Shown piece after piece: positions 1 to 13,734 of a DNA stretch of 64,000 nt. Positions within the stretch are counted from its first letter, which is position 1, and each line of letters opens with the position of its first letter. The position numbers and the translations under genes are program-made. The stretch covers positions 496,001 through 560,000 of the forward strand of contig CATNEN010000041.1 of the NCBI GenBank assembly GCA_950097015.1, written 5' to 3'. Source of the stretch: Macrostomum hystrix (taxonomy: Eukaryota; Animalia; Platyhelminthes). A model generated the notes under the pieces. It ran no database searches. It saw only the letters and a list, made by a program, of their open reading frames with translations, and was not told the DNA's origin.

Positions 1-1
1 G

Positions 2-940
2 GAGGCTTTGGCCTGTCCGCTGCGGGGCCAGAAACTGCTCAGACCGCGAAACTTCCTGCTCGGACTGGGCTTGGCCTGGCTCACTGCTCTGGTGCTGGCT
101 GCCACCAGGTCTCTGGCCGAGGTGTTCGTCATCTGCGAAGACACCGCAGCCGGTCGGGTGATCGGCCACGTTGGACTGCCGGTGTCCGGAGGCCAGGCCT
201 CCAACTGGAAGAAACAGGATGCGCTAGCAGCAACAGCGGACTCGACAACAACTGCGTGGCCGCGCGAGGAGATGGAGACGGCAGCGGGTGGTGCCGCAAG
301 CGAGGACGTCTCGCAGACGTACACCTTCTTGAGCAGCGGCTGGTTCACCACGTTTGAGGTCGGCGCTTATTTCCTCTACCAGACCAACGTTCCGATTGTG
401 CTCGTTGTATTCTTTACCATAGTCATGGTCGTCAAGATGTTTAGCAATAGCCACGACAGTCCGCAGGGGCAGCTGCAACAGCATCAGCGACGGCAACCGC
501 CTCGGCAGCCGAGGTTTCGGCAGGACCAGCAGCAGCAGCTGCAGGAGCCGCAACACAATTTAGTGCAGACAACCCGGATGCGGAACAACAAGCTCTGCGC
601 CAGCCGCACCGTCCTCTGCATGGCGCTGGTCTTCTCCGTGCTTCACCTGCCTTCCTTCGTTGGCACCGCGCTGCAGAACTTCTACCCAAGCTTCGAAATA
701 ACCAGCGCATTCGGCAAGGCCTTCCAAGGCGTCTGCGAGGTCAGCCTGCTGCTCGACTTCATCTGCACCGTCCTGGTGCTGATCGCCTTCTTGCCAGAGT
801 TCAAGCATGTGTGCTGCGCCAGCTGCTGCTGCTGCTGCTGGAGGTTGTTGCGGCGCCAGCCGCGACCAGCACAGCGGCAGGCGGCCTGCAGGCAACGCGC
901 CAGGCGCCAGATGTCACCGATGGCCGACGAAGCAGTCTGA
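2..940 (+). CDS. Class A (rhodopsin-like) GPCR, 5'-truncated by the window edge (about TM4-TM7 plus C-tail)
   Basis: The frame is open from nt 2 (EALACPLR, resembling the A-x-x-PL segment after TM3). It has four hydrophobic helices (FLLGLGLAWLTALVL; VPIVLVVFFTIVMVV; TVLCMALVFSVLHLPSFV; LLLDFICTVLVLIAF), a Gln-rich third intracellular loop and a Cys cluster after TM7. Stop at 938-940. Confidence 0.7.
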   Translation, partial: EALACPLRGQKLLRPRNFLLGLGLAWLTALVLAATRSLAEVFVICEDTAAGRVIGHVGLPVSGGQASNWKKQDALAATADSTTTAWPREEMETAAGGAASEDVSQTYTFLSSGWFTTFEVGAYFLYQTNVPIVLVVFFTIVMVVKMFSNSHDSPQGQLQQHQRRQPPRQPRFRQDQQQQLQEPQHNLVQTTRMRNNKLCASRTVLCMALVFSVLHLPSFVGTALQNFYPSFEITSAFGKAFQGVCEVSLLLDFICTVLVLIAFLPEFKHVCCASCCCCCWRLLRRQPRPAQRQAACRQRARRQMSPMADEAV

Positions 941-1703
941 CCCGGGTCACCTGACAAAATATTTTGGTCTTTTGATTCAAGTATCAGCCCCTCATGGCGA
1001 AAATTCTCACAGGTCAAGTGTCTGATTTATAGATACGCGTTTGATTTGTACTTTTGTTTGTCCCAGAACATTTAATGTCATTTAGAGCTATCGAAGGGAT
1101 AAAATTCAAACACACGCTCGTATTTAATATAAAATAATAGAGAATTCGTTATAATCGGCATGAGCATTTTCTGTTGCTAACCTACCCAGCATTGTCGCGA
1201 ATTTTACAGGAAATTCACTGACTTCCGTAGTTTCCTTGATCAAGAATAAAAGCACAATTGCATCTCTGTACTGGCTCCCTGGGGCGGGGCCCTGACTCAC
1301 ATTGGCTTTCAATCTGGCATCTCCATGCTGCTTGCCTCTGCCGCAAGTTTGACTTTTTTGAACGCGTGACATTGCTCAGAACTCCAGGAAGAGGGAGAGA
1401 AGGCGGGAACACCCGAGCCAAGAGCAGCCCTCACTGAACTGCCTGGGGAAAGAGAGCTGGGAGAGCCGTGGCCGCTAGTCTGAGCCCCTCTAATCTGATA
1501 AAAAATTTCACCTCTGAGGACAAAATTAAAAAGCTGAAATGCGCACCGGTCCGCCGCGGGTCACGGCTTTTTGTGTGCTGATCCCGCTGCCCCCTTGCCT
1601 GAACCCGCTGCTCCCGCACTCTGATCTTAAGGCCTCCTGCCTGCCACGTCTCGGGTTGCAGTTTAGCAGAGCAGATTGCAGTTCCCATCTGAGACTGGAA
1701 TGC

Positions 1704-1706
<3 letters not shown>

Positions 1707-1754
<48 letters not shown>
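1707..1754 (+). repeat. (CAG)16 microsatellite
   Basis: 16 perfect CAG units. Confidence 0.95.
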
Positions 1755-1755
<1 letters not shown>

Positions 1756-1928
1756 GGTGATTGACTTTCACTCCCATCAGTAAACATTGTTAGAAGCAGA
1801 GTTATGCGCGAGTTCTGCCACCCCGCATCCTCACAAGCATTCTCGCGTGTATGACACAGACATAAGAGCTCACTCCCCCACTTAACAGACGTCGACTTCA
1901 CATGTCAGCTGGGATTTGACTGGATGGA

Positions 1929-2263
1929 TCAGATGACTGCTGTGTCAGATGACTGCTGTGTCAGATGACTGCTGTGTCAGATGACTGCTGTGTCAGATGA
2001 CTGCTGTGTCAGATGACTGTTGTGTCAGATGACTGCTGTGTCAGATGACTGTTGTGTCAGATGACTGTTGTGTCAGATGACTGCTGTGTCAGATGACTGC
2101 TGTGTCAGATGACTGCTCTGTCAGATGACTGCTGTGTCAGATGACTGCTGTGTCAGATGACTGCTGTGTCAGATGACTGCTGTGTCAGATGACTGCTGTG
2201 TCAGATGACTGCTGTGTCAGATGACTGCTGTGTCAGATGACTGCTGTGTCAGATGACTGCTGT
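1929..2263 (+). repeat. 16-bp minisatellite (TCAGATGACTGCTGTG), about 21 copies
   Basis: Direct tandem repeat read from the sequence. Confidence 0.95.
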
Positions 2264-2772
2264 CTCTGTGCACTGAAGCTTGTCTCCACTGTACGACTGG
2301 AGCTCAGCGGCACATCGCCACCTGACACACAGGTAGAAGAGCTGCACTGCTTAATTACCCACGAAGTCGTTTCATTTCTCAGACATTCGACCCCAACCAT
2401 CCGGGGCTGGAAGGCAAGAAATTTGAGAAGTTGAACAGAGCGGCGACCTTCCAGCTCTTTGCTGGTCTTTTCTTAATGAAGCTGCCTCCGCGGGTTTGTC
2501 GGGCCGGATGTGCCGCGTGCTGCGGGCGAGCCGACCGCTCACTGCCCCGTCAGTCCGTGACATTTCAATGCTGGCTGATAATTAGTGACCATCCGTGACT
2601 CGACAGGACAGCCGTGACCTGAGCACCGACTCAGACAACAGACAGGAAATTCAGCCGCTTTTCTCAATAGCTCATTTTGAACTATTTACTTGACTGCTAT
2701 CAAGCCGTGACATGATAGCATATCATTGTCCTAATAACTCCACTTTCGAATGTCGCAGCCTCCTATCTACCC

Positions 2773-3800
2773 ACTCCTAAACCCACCCACCTACTCCTAA
2801 ACCCATCCTTCATCTCCTAAACCCATCCTTCATCTCCTAAACCCATCCTTTAACTCCTAAACCCATCCTTCATCTCCTAAACCCATCCTTCATCTCCTAA
2901 ACCCATACTTCATCTCCGAAACCCATCCTTCATCTCCTAAACCCATACTTCATCTCCTAAACCCATACTTCATCTCCTAAACCCATCCTTTAACTCCTAA
3001 ACCCATCCTTCATCTCCTAAACCCATCCTTTAACTCCTAAACCCATCCTTCATCTCCTAAACCCATCCTTCATCTCCTAAACCCATCCTTTAACTCCTAA
3101 ACCCATCCTTCATCTCCTAAACCCATCCTTCATCTCCTAAACCCATCCTTTAACTCCTAAACCCATCCTTCATCTCCTAAACCCATCCTTCATCTCCTAA
3201 ACCCATCCTTCATCTCCTAAACCCATCCTTCATCTCCTAAACCCATCCTTCATCTCCTAAACCCATCCTTCATCTCCTAAACCCATCCTTTAACTCCTAA
3301 ACCCATCCTTCATCTCCTAAACCCATCCTTCATCTCCTAAAACCCATCCTTCATCTCCTAAACCCATCCTTCATCTCCTAAACCCATCTTTCATCTCCTA
3401 AACCCATCCTTCATCTCCTAAACCCATCCTTCATCTCCTAAACCCATCCTTCATCTCCTAAACCCATCCTTCATCTCCTAAACCCATCCTTCATCTCCTA
3501 AACCCATCCTTCATCTCCTAAACCCATCCTTCATCTCCTAAACCCATCCTTCATCTCCTAAACCCATCCTTCATCTCCTAAACCCATCCTTCATCTCCTA
3601 AACCCATCCTTCATCTCCTAAACCCATCCTTCATCTCCTAAACCCATCCTTCATCTCCTAAACCCATCCTTCATCTCCTAAACCCATCCTTCATCTCCTA
3701 AACCCATCCTTCATCTCCTAAACCCATCCTTCATCTCCTAAACCCATACTTCATCTCCTAAACCCATACTTCATCTCCTAAACCCATACTTCAACTCCTA
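2773..3800 (+). repeat. 20-bp minisatellite (AAACCCATCCTTCATCTCCT), about 50 copies
   Basis: Three units per 60-nt line, with recurring TTAACTCC and CATACTT variants. Confidence 0.95.
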
Positions 3801-4324
3801 AATCCATCCTTCAATCCTTCATCCTCCGAAACCCGCATGCTCCCAGAGTCACTGCGCTGGGAATTGTTGCAGATTTGCCTCATTGCAGCAACAAGAGTCA
3901 GATGGAAGCAGACCCCGAACCTGTAAAATGGAATCGGGACTGCTGCACCGATAAAACCGGATCGAATGAAATCTGCTGTCAGCCAGTCCGCTGCACTCTT
4001 GCAGAAATGGTTCAAGGGGTGGGCGGCCCAGCTCTGTTTATGCAGCCCGGTCGGGCCGTGTTTGAACTGCACGGCCAACCGGAAATTTCACTTTTCTTAG
4101 CGGTTGGGGCTATCGGCTTTCTTGGCTACCCCCGGGCTGGCCTGCGAGTGTAGTGGCAGGCATGAATGCGGCCGCCATTGCCATCAGGCTGCTCCGCTAA
4201 TGTTCTTTGTTGGTCATTTCCGTGGTTTTACCTACCTTATTTATTTTTTTTGCTTCTCAAAGCAGCAGACAAGAGGCTGCTTTCACAGGACGCTTGGCTG
4301 AAAAAATTGTGCTGCGGCGGACAT

Positions 4325-5060
4325 CTGTCAGCCCATTAGTTCACTTGTCTGTCAGTCTGTCAGCCCATTAGTTCACTTGTCTGTCAGCCCATTAGTTCAC
4401 TTGTCTGTCAGTCCATTAGTTCACTTGTCTGTCAGCCCATTAGTTCACTTGTCTGTCAGTCCATTAGTTCACTTGTCTGTCAGCCCATTAGTTCACTTGT
4501 CTGTCAGCCCATTAGTTCACTTGTCTGTCAGTCTGTCAGCCCATTAGTTCACTTGTCTGTCAGTCTGTCAGCCCATTAGTTCACTTGTCTGTCAGTCCAT
4601 TAGTTCACTTGTCTGTCAGCCCATTAGTTCACTTGTCTGTCAGCCCATTAGTTCACTTGTCTGTCAGCCCATTAGTTCACTTGTCTGTCAGCCTATTAGT
4701 TCACTTGTCTGTCAGCCCATTAGTTCACTTGTCTGTCAGTCCATTAGTTCACTTGTCTGTCAGTTCATTAGTTCACTTGTCTGTCAGTCCATTAGTTCAC
4801 TTGTCTGTCAGTTCATTAGTTCACTTGTCTGTCAGTCCATTAGTTCACTTGTCTATCAGTCCATTAGTTCACTTGTCTGTCAGCCCATTAGTTCACTTGT
4901 CTGTCAGTCTGTCAGCCCATTAGTTCACTTGTCTGTCAGTCTGTCAGCCCATTAGTTCACTTGTCTGTCAGCCCATTAGTTCACTTGTCTGTCAGTACAT
5001 TAGTTCACTTGTCTGTCAGTCCATTAGTTCACTTGTCTGTCAGCCCATTAGTTCACTTGT
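4325..5060 (+). repeat. 24-bp minisatellite (CTGTCAGCCCATTAGTTCACTTGT), about 30 copies
   Basis: Tandem repeat. It produces the spurious (LSVSPLVH)n ORF at 4585-4923. Confidence 0.95.
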
Positions 5061-5913
5061 TGTAGAGTTAGATTGTGGAATTTCGGGGAGGGTACATGCT
5101 GCTCGGGTTTATCGCGAATTGATAAATAATGAAATACACGCGGTTGGTTGGTGCAGGTCGATAGGACGTCAAACCTGGACATGAAAACTAACCCCAGCTG
5201 CTGGGCGCTTTCGGCCATCTCAGCGGAGAGATGAATGATTTTATAGGATTTTACATCGAGCAACATTAAAATTATGTTCCTTTATCTGCTGAACCATTGC
5301 AGTTTCGCAGAATTAGTTCATTTGTTATTCTGGGGAGAGCCTGCAGTGCTTTTAGCAATGCCCATAAAACTGCGGTGCAAGCTCGTCTCAAATGTGTGGA
5401 TTGAGCCTATTGAGGATTTCAGCTGATGGGATGAGATTTTATAGCTGACTTCAGCTGGCTTCGTGACTGAAGCAGAACGTGCTCCAGAGATCTGCTGGAC
5501 TGGGATTACAGCCACACTTGCAATTCGGCACCTTTAATGCTGCGACCGAGAATAAAACATTCAACAGCTGACGTCTCCGACCGATCGGTTCCGCTTGTGG
5601 AACAGATTTACAAAGGGCCATTGAAGTATATACGAGCTATTAATAGTTCTGCAGCACTGCAGCTAAATGTGTCAAAAAACTTATCTCGTAAAAGAACTTT
5701 TTTAACTACAGGCCCAAAGAAGAGACCTGAAATTCAGGGCGAAAGTAAAAGCAAGTAGGAAAATTATCGTTTTTATCATTGATTGGATTTGCTAGTGCAG
5801 CCATTTCGTGACCTTAATTCATATCGGACAACATTTTTTGCCTGCAATGACCTTCAGCTATAGGCTAGATTGCAGTTAGTTCATGCAGACGATCGTAAAT
5901 TTTAGGTCCGTTC

Positions 5914-6906
5914 TGTGATGAGCGCGGAGTTCTGCTCTTGTGCCACAAGAGACAAATCGCGATCCTTGCTAGTCTCGTCATGAATTTCTTGCATCCGAGC
6001 GGCAGATATCGGTAAGACTCCTGCACAGCTGGTGGACCTCCACCTCGATTTTATCATCCAAAGCTGCCTCGGTCTCTGGCAAGTACGCTCTTGACAACGT
6101 GTCGGCAATCTGCATCTTGGATCCTGGTGACCACGAGACCTTCAGATTGTACCTTTTGAGCTGGTACAGCATTCGAGCAATTCTCGGTGGGGCGTGAACC
6201 AAATCTCGTTTGAAAATTATCTCCAGCGGCTTGTGATCAGTCGTGACTCGAGCCACTGGTAGGCCATAGACTTAGGTCATGAAACTTTTTGCAAGCAATC
6301 ACGACAGCCAGCGTCTCCTTCTCAATCTGGGCATAATTTTTCTGCGTCGAAGTTCGACTCTAGAAACATCTTCTAGAGTTCGGCGTTTATCAGCGGTGCT
6401 TTTTTTCCTCATCTTCACCGTCTTCAAATTCTAGTGTTGTAGATGTCCAGCCCGGTGTCACCGATGAGGTGCAGGAACAAATTGATTCGGCGCTCTTCTT
6501 CAACAATGCCTGTGGCCCTGAGGTAGATCATGAATTTCTGACGCCATCGTTTCCAAGTCTCGTTGGAGTTGGTCTCCAACTCTCCGGGCGGTTTCAGGTC
6601 CATGAACTATTAAATTACTGTAGCTTGCGATGCCATGTGATGAGCGCGGACGAGAGCAAAGCTCCAACCATTCTATTTGGCTTCAGCCGATATATAAGTA
6701 GCACACGCAGAGCCAGACGCGATTACATAATATGGTAGCATGTGAGAGAGAGAGAACGCTATAGCATGCACACCTAGACGGGTGTACAAACTTGTGCACA
6801 GACACGTTCTCATCACACGTTCTCATCTCATCATACTCATCACACGTTCTATAAATTCTACGCAAAATACAGACATTAAATTTTAAGTTAATAATGTCTT
6901 GTAACA
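5914..6906 (-). mobile_element. Ty3/Gypsy LTR retrotransposon internal-deletion derivative (5' LTR, gag N-terminus, RNase H fragment)
   Basis: On the minus strand: a 271-bp LTR, TGTTACA...TCATCACA (6906-6636), then a PBS-like TGGCATC. A gag start follows at 6603-6424 (MDLKPPGELETNSNETWKRWRQKFMIYLRATG...LFLHLIGDTGLDIYNT). It joins directly to RT-RNase H (TQKNYAQIEKETLAVVIACKKFH / VTTDHKPLEIIFK...PPRIARMLYQLKRY...ADTLSR), about 6360-5980, with frameshifts. Confidence 0.85.
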
Positions 6907-7244
6907 TACTAGGAGTAATTAAAAAATACAGTAAAAATTACTCTTAAAAAGAAACGAGCTAAATTATCGTACGACAAGATGAAACTTGTTGGTGAGAAAT
7001 GCTAACTCCTGTTTAAGATCTAAATAGTTTTAATGACAGAAAAAAGCACGACTGCGATCAATAAATACTTTTAATCCTCGAAGTTCGCGAAAATAAATCC
7101 GATTTGTTGTTATAGCAAAGTTGTTGATACTGTAAACTACTGCAGTTTAAGTCGGAAATGTTGGAAAATAAAAAGCTGACAGAATTTTATACCGTAAACA
7201 GGAGATTGAGATCACTTCTACTTAAATCGCTATTTTTTACAATC

Positions 7245-8650
7245 ATGACTGAACCGATTGCAGAGGACTGTTATAACAAGCTTCTTTGTTCGTTGAGAAG
7301 TACATCGGTGGATAAGAGAAAAAAATTTGAGCAAATTATCAACAGTCGAGGTATCTTGTCAGCTGAGCAGGCAAGTATACCAACTGTAGAAAACTGCTTA
7401 TTGACAAGTATTTGTACAGCCACGCCTCTATGATGAATCTCAAACTTCACATTTGTCTCTGTAACGCGCAGAAAAATGTGTCTATATATTATTATTGGGA
7501 AAGTGGATTATTAATATTAATACATCTTATTTATTTTTAACTATAGATTTTTTTGCTTATATAATCAAAACCTTCTAACAGTGTCCTACAGAAATGCAAG
7601 TGAATTGCACTTAATTTAAAATTCATTTATTTAATCAAAAAGCAAGGCAAGATATTAAAATAAACACTTATCCTATAATATTTCGATATGCATCATATTT
7701 TGAATAATGCACTCATAATCATAGCCATAATCAACGCAAAATAAATTAATAAGCAGCACCTAATCGACTTGCACTTTGTAAAAAAAAATAATAGTAATAG
7801 TAATAATCATCATCATCATAAATAATAATTTAACTTTATTACTATATGGTAATAAACACATGTTGATCATTTCCAATAAAAACTTATATGAAAAAGTCGC
7901 ATTTCATCGTAATATAATTTACAGACTCTTCGTCTTCTGCACACATTCAAAGACTCAGCAGACAAAGTCAGAGCTGTTCGCCTCCTAGAGAAGGTGGGTC
8001 AGGCCATAAACATTTTAGCTTATTATTGTCGTACATGTTGTTGCAAGGGTTTTTACCATGCCTCATTGCATATATTTTACGTACATACTTGAAAAATGGT
8101 TTCAGCGCCTGGATAGAATGACCTGCCAGGAGGCATCCCAGATTCTCTGTGGCTTCTCGCTGTGCGGCAACGATCGTCTCGCTGCTCTGGAGGTGCTGAA
8201 GAGGTAGTGAACTCTTGCTGCTTTTAGTTATCTAAACTTTTAACTTTAAATCAGCGGCACCTGAAAGCAATTAGAAAGCAATGGGCGTTTATTTTATTTT
8301 ACTATATATTATCATGCAGGCACCTCATCGATCACCAGTCAACCAATGGGATCGAGTACCTTCTGTACGCCTTCGACAACGAGGCCGACAAACTAAGAGC
8401 TCTAGCCATTGCTCAGACGGTGAGGGATGTGCGGCTGCGCACACTAATTAGAATGCAATACAATTTATATAATAGCCTCTAAAATATAGCGCATCAAATC
8501 ACTGCATCGCAGGTGAGCCACTTCGTGTCCGACAGGCTGGCAGCTGGTGGCCACCAGGGCTACTCGGCGGTGGGCGGCCTGCACACACAGAACTGGCCGC
8601 TGGACCAACACCTGTACGGCTCGCTGGAGGAGCAGACAGCTCGACTACCA
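7245..8650 (+). CDS. DUF4476 / PROSER1-N-terminal-like protein (spliced; terminal exon unresolved, possibly about 9345-9540)
   Basis: Phase-consistent exons 7245-7370, 7925-7993, 8106-8203, 8320-8419 and 8513-8650 give MTEP...GILSAEQTLRLLHTFKDSADKVRAVRLLEKRLDRMTCQEASQILCGFSLCGNDRLAALEVLKRHLIDHQ... This resembles the PROSER1 N-terminus as recalled (GYFSSEQVVDLLRYF...KDKLVALELL). Confidence 0.65.
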
Positions 8651-8691
8651 GTGGGTCACCAACGGCGTCTGTTTAAATTACCAACACTCAC

Positions 8692-9325
8692 GAATCCCAC
8701 CAGTCAGCAATTCCACCAGTCAGCAATCCCACCCGTCAGCAATCCCACCCATCAGCAATCCCACCCGTCAGCAATCCCACCCGTCAGCAATCCCACCCGT
8801 CAGCAATCCCACCCGTCAGCAATCCCACCAGTCAGCAATCCCACCCGTAAGCAATCCCACCAGTCAGCAATTCCACCAGTCAGCAATCCCACCCGTCAGC
8901 AATCCCACCCGTCAGCAATCCCACCCGTCAGCAATCCCACCCGTCAGCAATCCCACCCGTCAGCAATCCCACCAGTCAGCAATCCCACCCGTCAGCAATC
9001 CCACCAGTCAGCAATTCCACCAGTCAGCAATCCCACCCGTCAGCAATCCCACCCGTCAGCAATCCCACCCGTCAGCAATCCCACCCGTCAGCAATCCCAC
9101 CAGTCAGCAATCCCACCAGTCAGCAATCCCACCCGTCAGCAATCCCACCAGTCAGCAATCCCACCAGTCAGCAATTCCACCAGTCAGCAATCCCACCCGT
9201 CAGCAATCCCACCAGTCAGCAATTCCACCAGTCAGCAATTCCACCAATCAGCAATCCCACCAGTCAGCAATCCCACCAGTCAGCAATCCCACCCGTCAGC
9301 AATCCCACCCGTCAGCAATCCCACC
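8692..9325 (+). repeat. 16-bp minisatellite (GTCAGCAATCCCACCC), about 40 copies, probably intronic
   Basis: Tandem repeat starting shortly after the GTGGGT donor at 8651. It produces the repetitive ORFs 8513-9331 and 8547-9347. Confidence 0.95.
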
Positions 9326-10212
9326 TTATAACAAAACTGTTCAGTGAAAGCTGCGTGAACATCTCCAATGTTGCCGAATCACCGCATGCAGGGCCGCGGC
9401 CCCCAGTCGCTGCCGGTGCACGCGCAGCCTGGCAAGCTGAACTCGCTGTACAACAGCCAGACCAGCTTCGCCTATCCCGCTGACCGTAGCTGCTACCAGT
9501 CACGGCCCTACATGTCCGCCGTGCCGGCCCCAGACGAGTGCTGATCGATAAAGACGATCGAGGACGTAATTTCTGGAACAGGACATGAAAAAAATACAAA
9601 CGAAAACTTATTTTTTAAATCTTTCTTTCCTAGGTGTGAAAATGAGAGGACACGAGTTTCTTTTCCTCCCAGAAATATTTTTGAGACTTTAGCTCACATT
9701 TCTACTCTTAGTAGTGAAGCTTGAGTAGCAAAAACATGTTTTTTTCGTTAGCGCAGCTGTCAGCATCGACTTACTTTCTGAAAAAAAACTTTTTTGCTGG
9801 CTCACTCTTTGAACTGAAGTTCGCAAAGCTTGCTAGAGATTTCTATTTTCTTGTTGGGCAAGAAACAAGAATTTTCTTGTTTCTGTTGGACATCACATTA
9901 TGTACCTAGAATGTACTAAAATGCATGTACTACCAGTACAGCTTTCACATTAAGGCGAGTGCCCCCAAGACAGTTTCACATGATCCTGAATTTGTACCTC
10001 CACAGACCACAGCTAGAATGTATTCGATAATTGTTTATATACCTGAGCTTATTTTGTCAATTTTTATATTCAGAAATAAACGAACTGAACAATGGTGTGA
10101 AGACAAAGTATATTAACTTACGAGCTGCAAGCTTGTGAATTTTCGGCCCCAAGATTCTGAATAGCAGTGAAAGATTTAGATTTTTCAATTGCGATTTTCG
10201 GATTTTTAAGGC

Positions 10213-10750
10213 GGAGAGAGTGCTGAGAGTGAAGGAGAGAGTGCTGAGAGTGAAGGAGAGAGTGCTGAGAGTGAAGGAGAGAGTGCTGAGAGTGAAGGAG
10301 AGAGTGCTGAGAGTGAAGGAGAGAGTGCTGAGAGCGAAGGAGAGAGTGCTGAGAGTGAAGGAGAGTGCTGAGAGTGAAGGATAGTGCTGAGAGGGAAGGA
10401 GAGTGCTGAGAGTGAAGGATAGTGCTGAGAGGGAAGGAGAGTGCTGAGAATGAAGGATAGTGCTGAGAGGGAAGGAGAGTGCTGAGAGTGAAGGATAGTG
10501 CTGAGAGGGAAGGAGAGTGCTGAGAGTGAAGGATAGTGCTGAGAGGGAAGGAGAGTGCTGAGAGTGAAGGATAGTGCTGAGAGGGAAGGAGAGTGCTGAG
10601 AGGGAAGGAGAGAGTGCTGAGATGGAAGGAGAGAGTGCTGAGATGGAAGGAGAGAGTGCTGAGAGGGAAGGAGAGAGTGCTGAGAGTGAAGGAGAGAGTG
10701 CTGAGTGAAGGAGAGAGTGCTGAGAGTGAAGAGAGAGTGCTGAGAGTGAC
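10213..10750 (+). repeat. 19/21-bp purine-rich minisatellite (AGAGTGCTGAGAGTGAAGGAG)
   Basis: Tandem repeat with 21-bp and 19-bp variants, located downstream of the actin gene. Confidence 0.9.
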
Positions 10751-11232
10751 AGAGGTCAGACAAAGTGATACTGAGAGTGGAGCACTTTAGATAAGGTGGG
10801 AGAGTTTGTATGGCTGGTGAAATGAAGCGGGAATTATTGCCAAGTCAGCAGCTGCGGCAGAAGACGCCGAAACCCGCGGTGCACCAATGCCAGGAATACC
10901 CTTTAGTTCTGAAGACAGTGCGTTGTGTTTTTAATGTGAAAGTTTCTACAACATTTTGGAGAAAAAGGTGAATGGCAAAGCCAGATGAGCTTGCTTATGT
11001 GTAAAAACAGTAGCTATGACACACAGCTATAAGAGCGTATTTATATTTGGCAGATGCCTAGCGATGGAAGACCTCGAATAAAGTGAATGGCCAGCGCTCC
11101 ACGTCACCAGTCACAGGTTGCGCATTCGTTGCGCCAATCGGCACAGGGGGAGGAGGGCTGCATGGAACAGTGCAAAAACTTTGGAAAACACAAACAGCGA
11201 ATGTTCTTCTCAGCAGAGTCTGTTCTCAAAGT

Positions 11233-12538
<1,306 letters not shown>

Positions 12539-12722
12539 CTAGTAGAGTTTCGAGAGTTGCAAAGTGAGTCCTGCTGCTCGAGAGTCCGGTGAAGTGAAGT
12601 AGCGGTCCGGGCCCGCGGCCCCTTACATAGACCCCGCGGCTGGTCTTATCTGCTTGGGGCGGGTGCGGCCACCGCTCTCGTGCGTTTCATTTCAAAACTG
12701 GCGACCTCGAGAGCTGCGATCA

Positions 12723-12780
12723 CCAAATTTGGCAGTCGAGCGCCTGCGATTAGGCTGCAGCGGTTGATTTCCTAATATGG
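12723..12780. promoter_or_regulatory. Two CArG boxes (SRF sites) upstream of actin
   Basis: CCAAATTTGG (12723-12732) and CCTAATATGG (12771-12780) both match CC(A/T)6GG and lie about 200-250 bp upstream of the ATG. GATA-like CTTATC motifs occur near 12646 and 12830. Confidence 0.6.
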
Positions 12781-13734
12781 AAATCCGAGCTGGTCAAGAA
12801 TCAGGCCGCATCCCGCAGCTCAGGCGAGCCCTTATCTGCAATTGCGGCTCTTCAGGACTCGATCGATCTACCGCAGTTGGCTGAGATGCCTGAGAAAACG
12901 CTGTGCGATTGTAAGGCCGAATCTGAGCGCAAGTTCTGCGCATTTTGTACTCGATTGCGAGCTCAACTGCAGCCCAGTGTGGCAGCGAGCACGTAAAACT
13001 CCAAATTAAGCTTGGGATTCCAGGCTAAAATCGTCATTAGCCATTCGGTGTTTATCATATCTGTCTTATCATCAACGGGAGAGCAAGCAGTGTTATATCA
13101 GCGAATTGAAATAAGAGCCTCTGGTTTTTGAAATATAAAGGTTTTTTGGATTTACATAAAACTGTGTATACATTTAGTATTTCTTTCATGCTACTGATAT
13201 GTACTACTATAAAAAAGTCAATGGCTTAAATTTATGCATCTGAAACCTGAGATTTGCAACGAATGTACATGTAAAAAATGCATTTACGGATTACGGTACA
13301 TAATAAGGCTTTTGAAAGAGTCTAAAATGATTTCGGCATCACAGAACATTCACAAGGCAAGTTCTGTGGTCGGCATACAACATTTTCTATACATATCGGC
13401 AAAACGAAACTTTAAAGCTTTAAATTTTAAAACATTCAAAGTGAAGTAACTGACTACGCATCGGTTATTATTTTCCAGCTCATTAGCTCAACTTGATCCT
13501 GTGTCAAAAAAACTTCAATTGTGATCATGTCACTAGACAGGAGTTTCACTTTCACGGTCTAACCTGTCTGATAAATAGTTAGGCGAATGTGAGCCCAGAT
13601 CTGAGATACCAGTGAGTACAGCAGCAATCGATGGCGTTAAAAATTTGCGGTTTGACTTGGTCTTAAAAATAAAGTAATCTCGACTTAATAAAGTTCAACT
13701 TATAATGCCTAATCTTTTGCCTAAGCAAAAAATT

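Noticed and set aside
2773-3800. CCTAAACCC core resembling telomeric CCCTAAA/CCCTAA
   Set aside because: There is only one partial motif per 20-bp unit and no true telomeric tandem run.
4585-4923. 112-aa (LSVSPLVH)n ORF
   Set aside because: It is the translation of a 24-bp minisatellite with no unique coding sequence.
5048-5560. Continuation of the Gypsy pol (integrase zinc-binding region)
   Set aside because: LHRSFMGIAKS resembles the HHCC region only weakly, and no following CxxC or DDE core was found.
8651-9347. Ser/Pro/Gln-rich extensions of ORFs 8513-9331 and 8547-9347 as a real proline/serine-rich domain
   Set aside because: The 16-bp unit is not a multiple of three and is open in more than one frame, and a donor at 8651 precedes it. 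It is treated as intronic, although it superficially recalls the PROSER1 tail.
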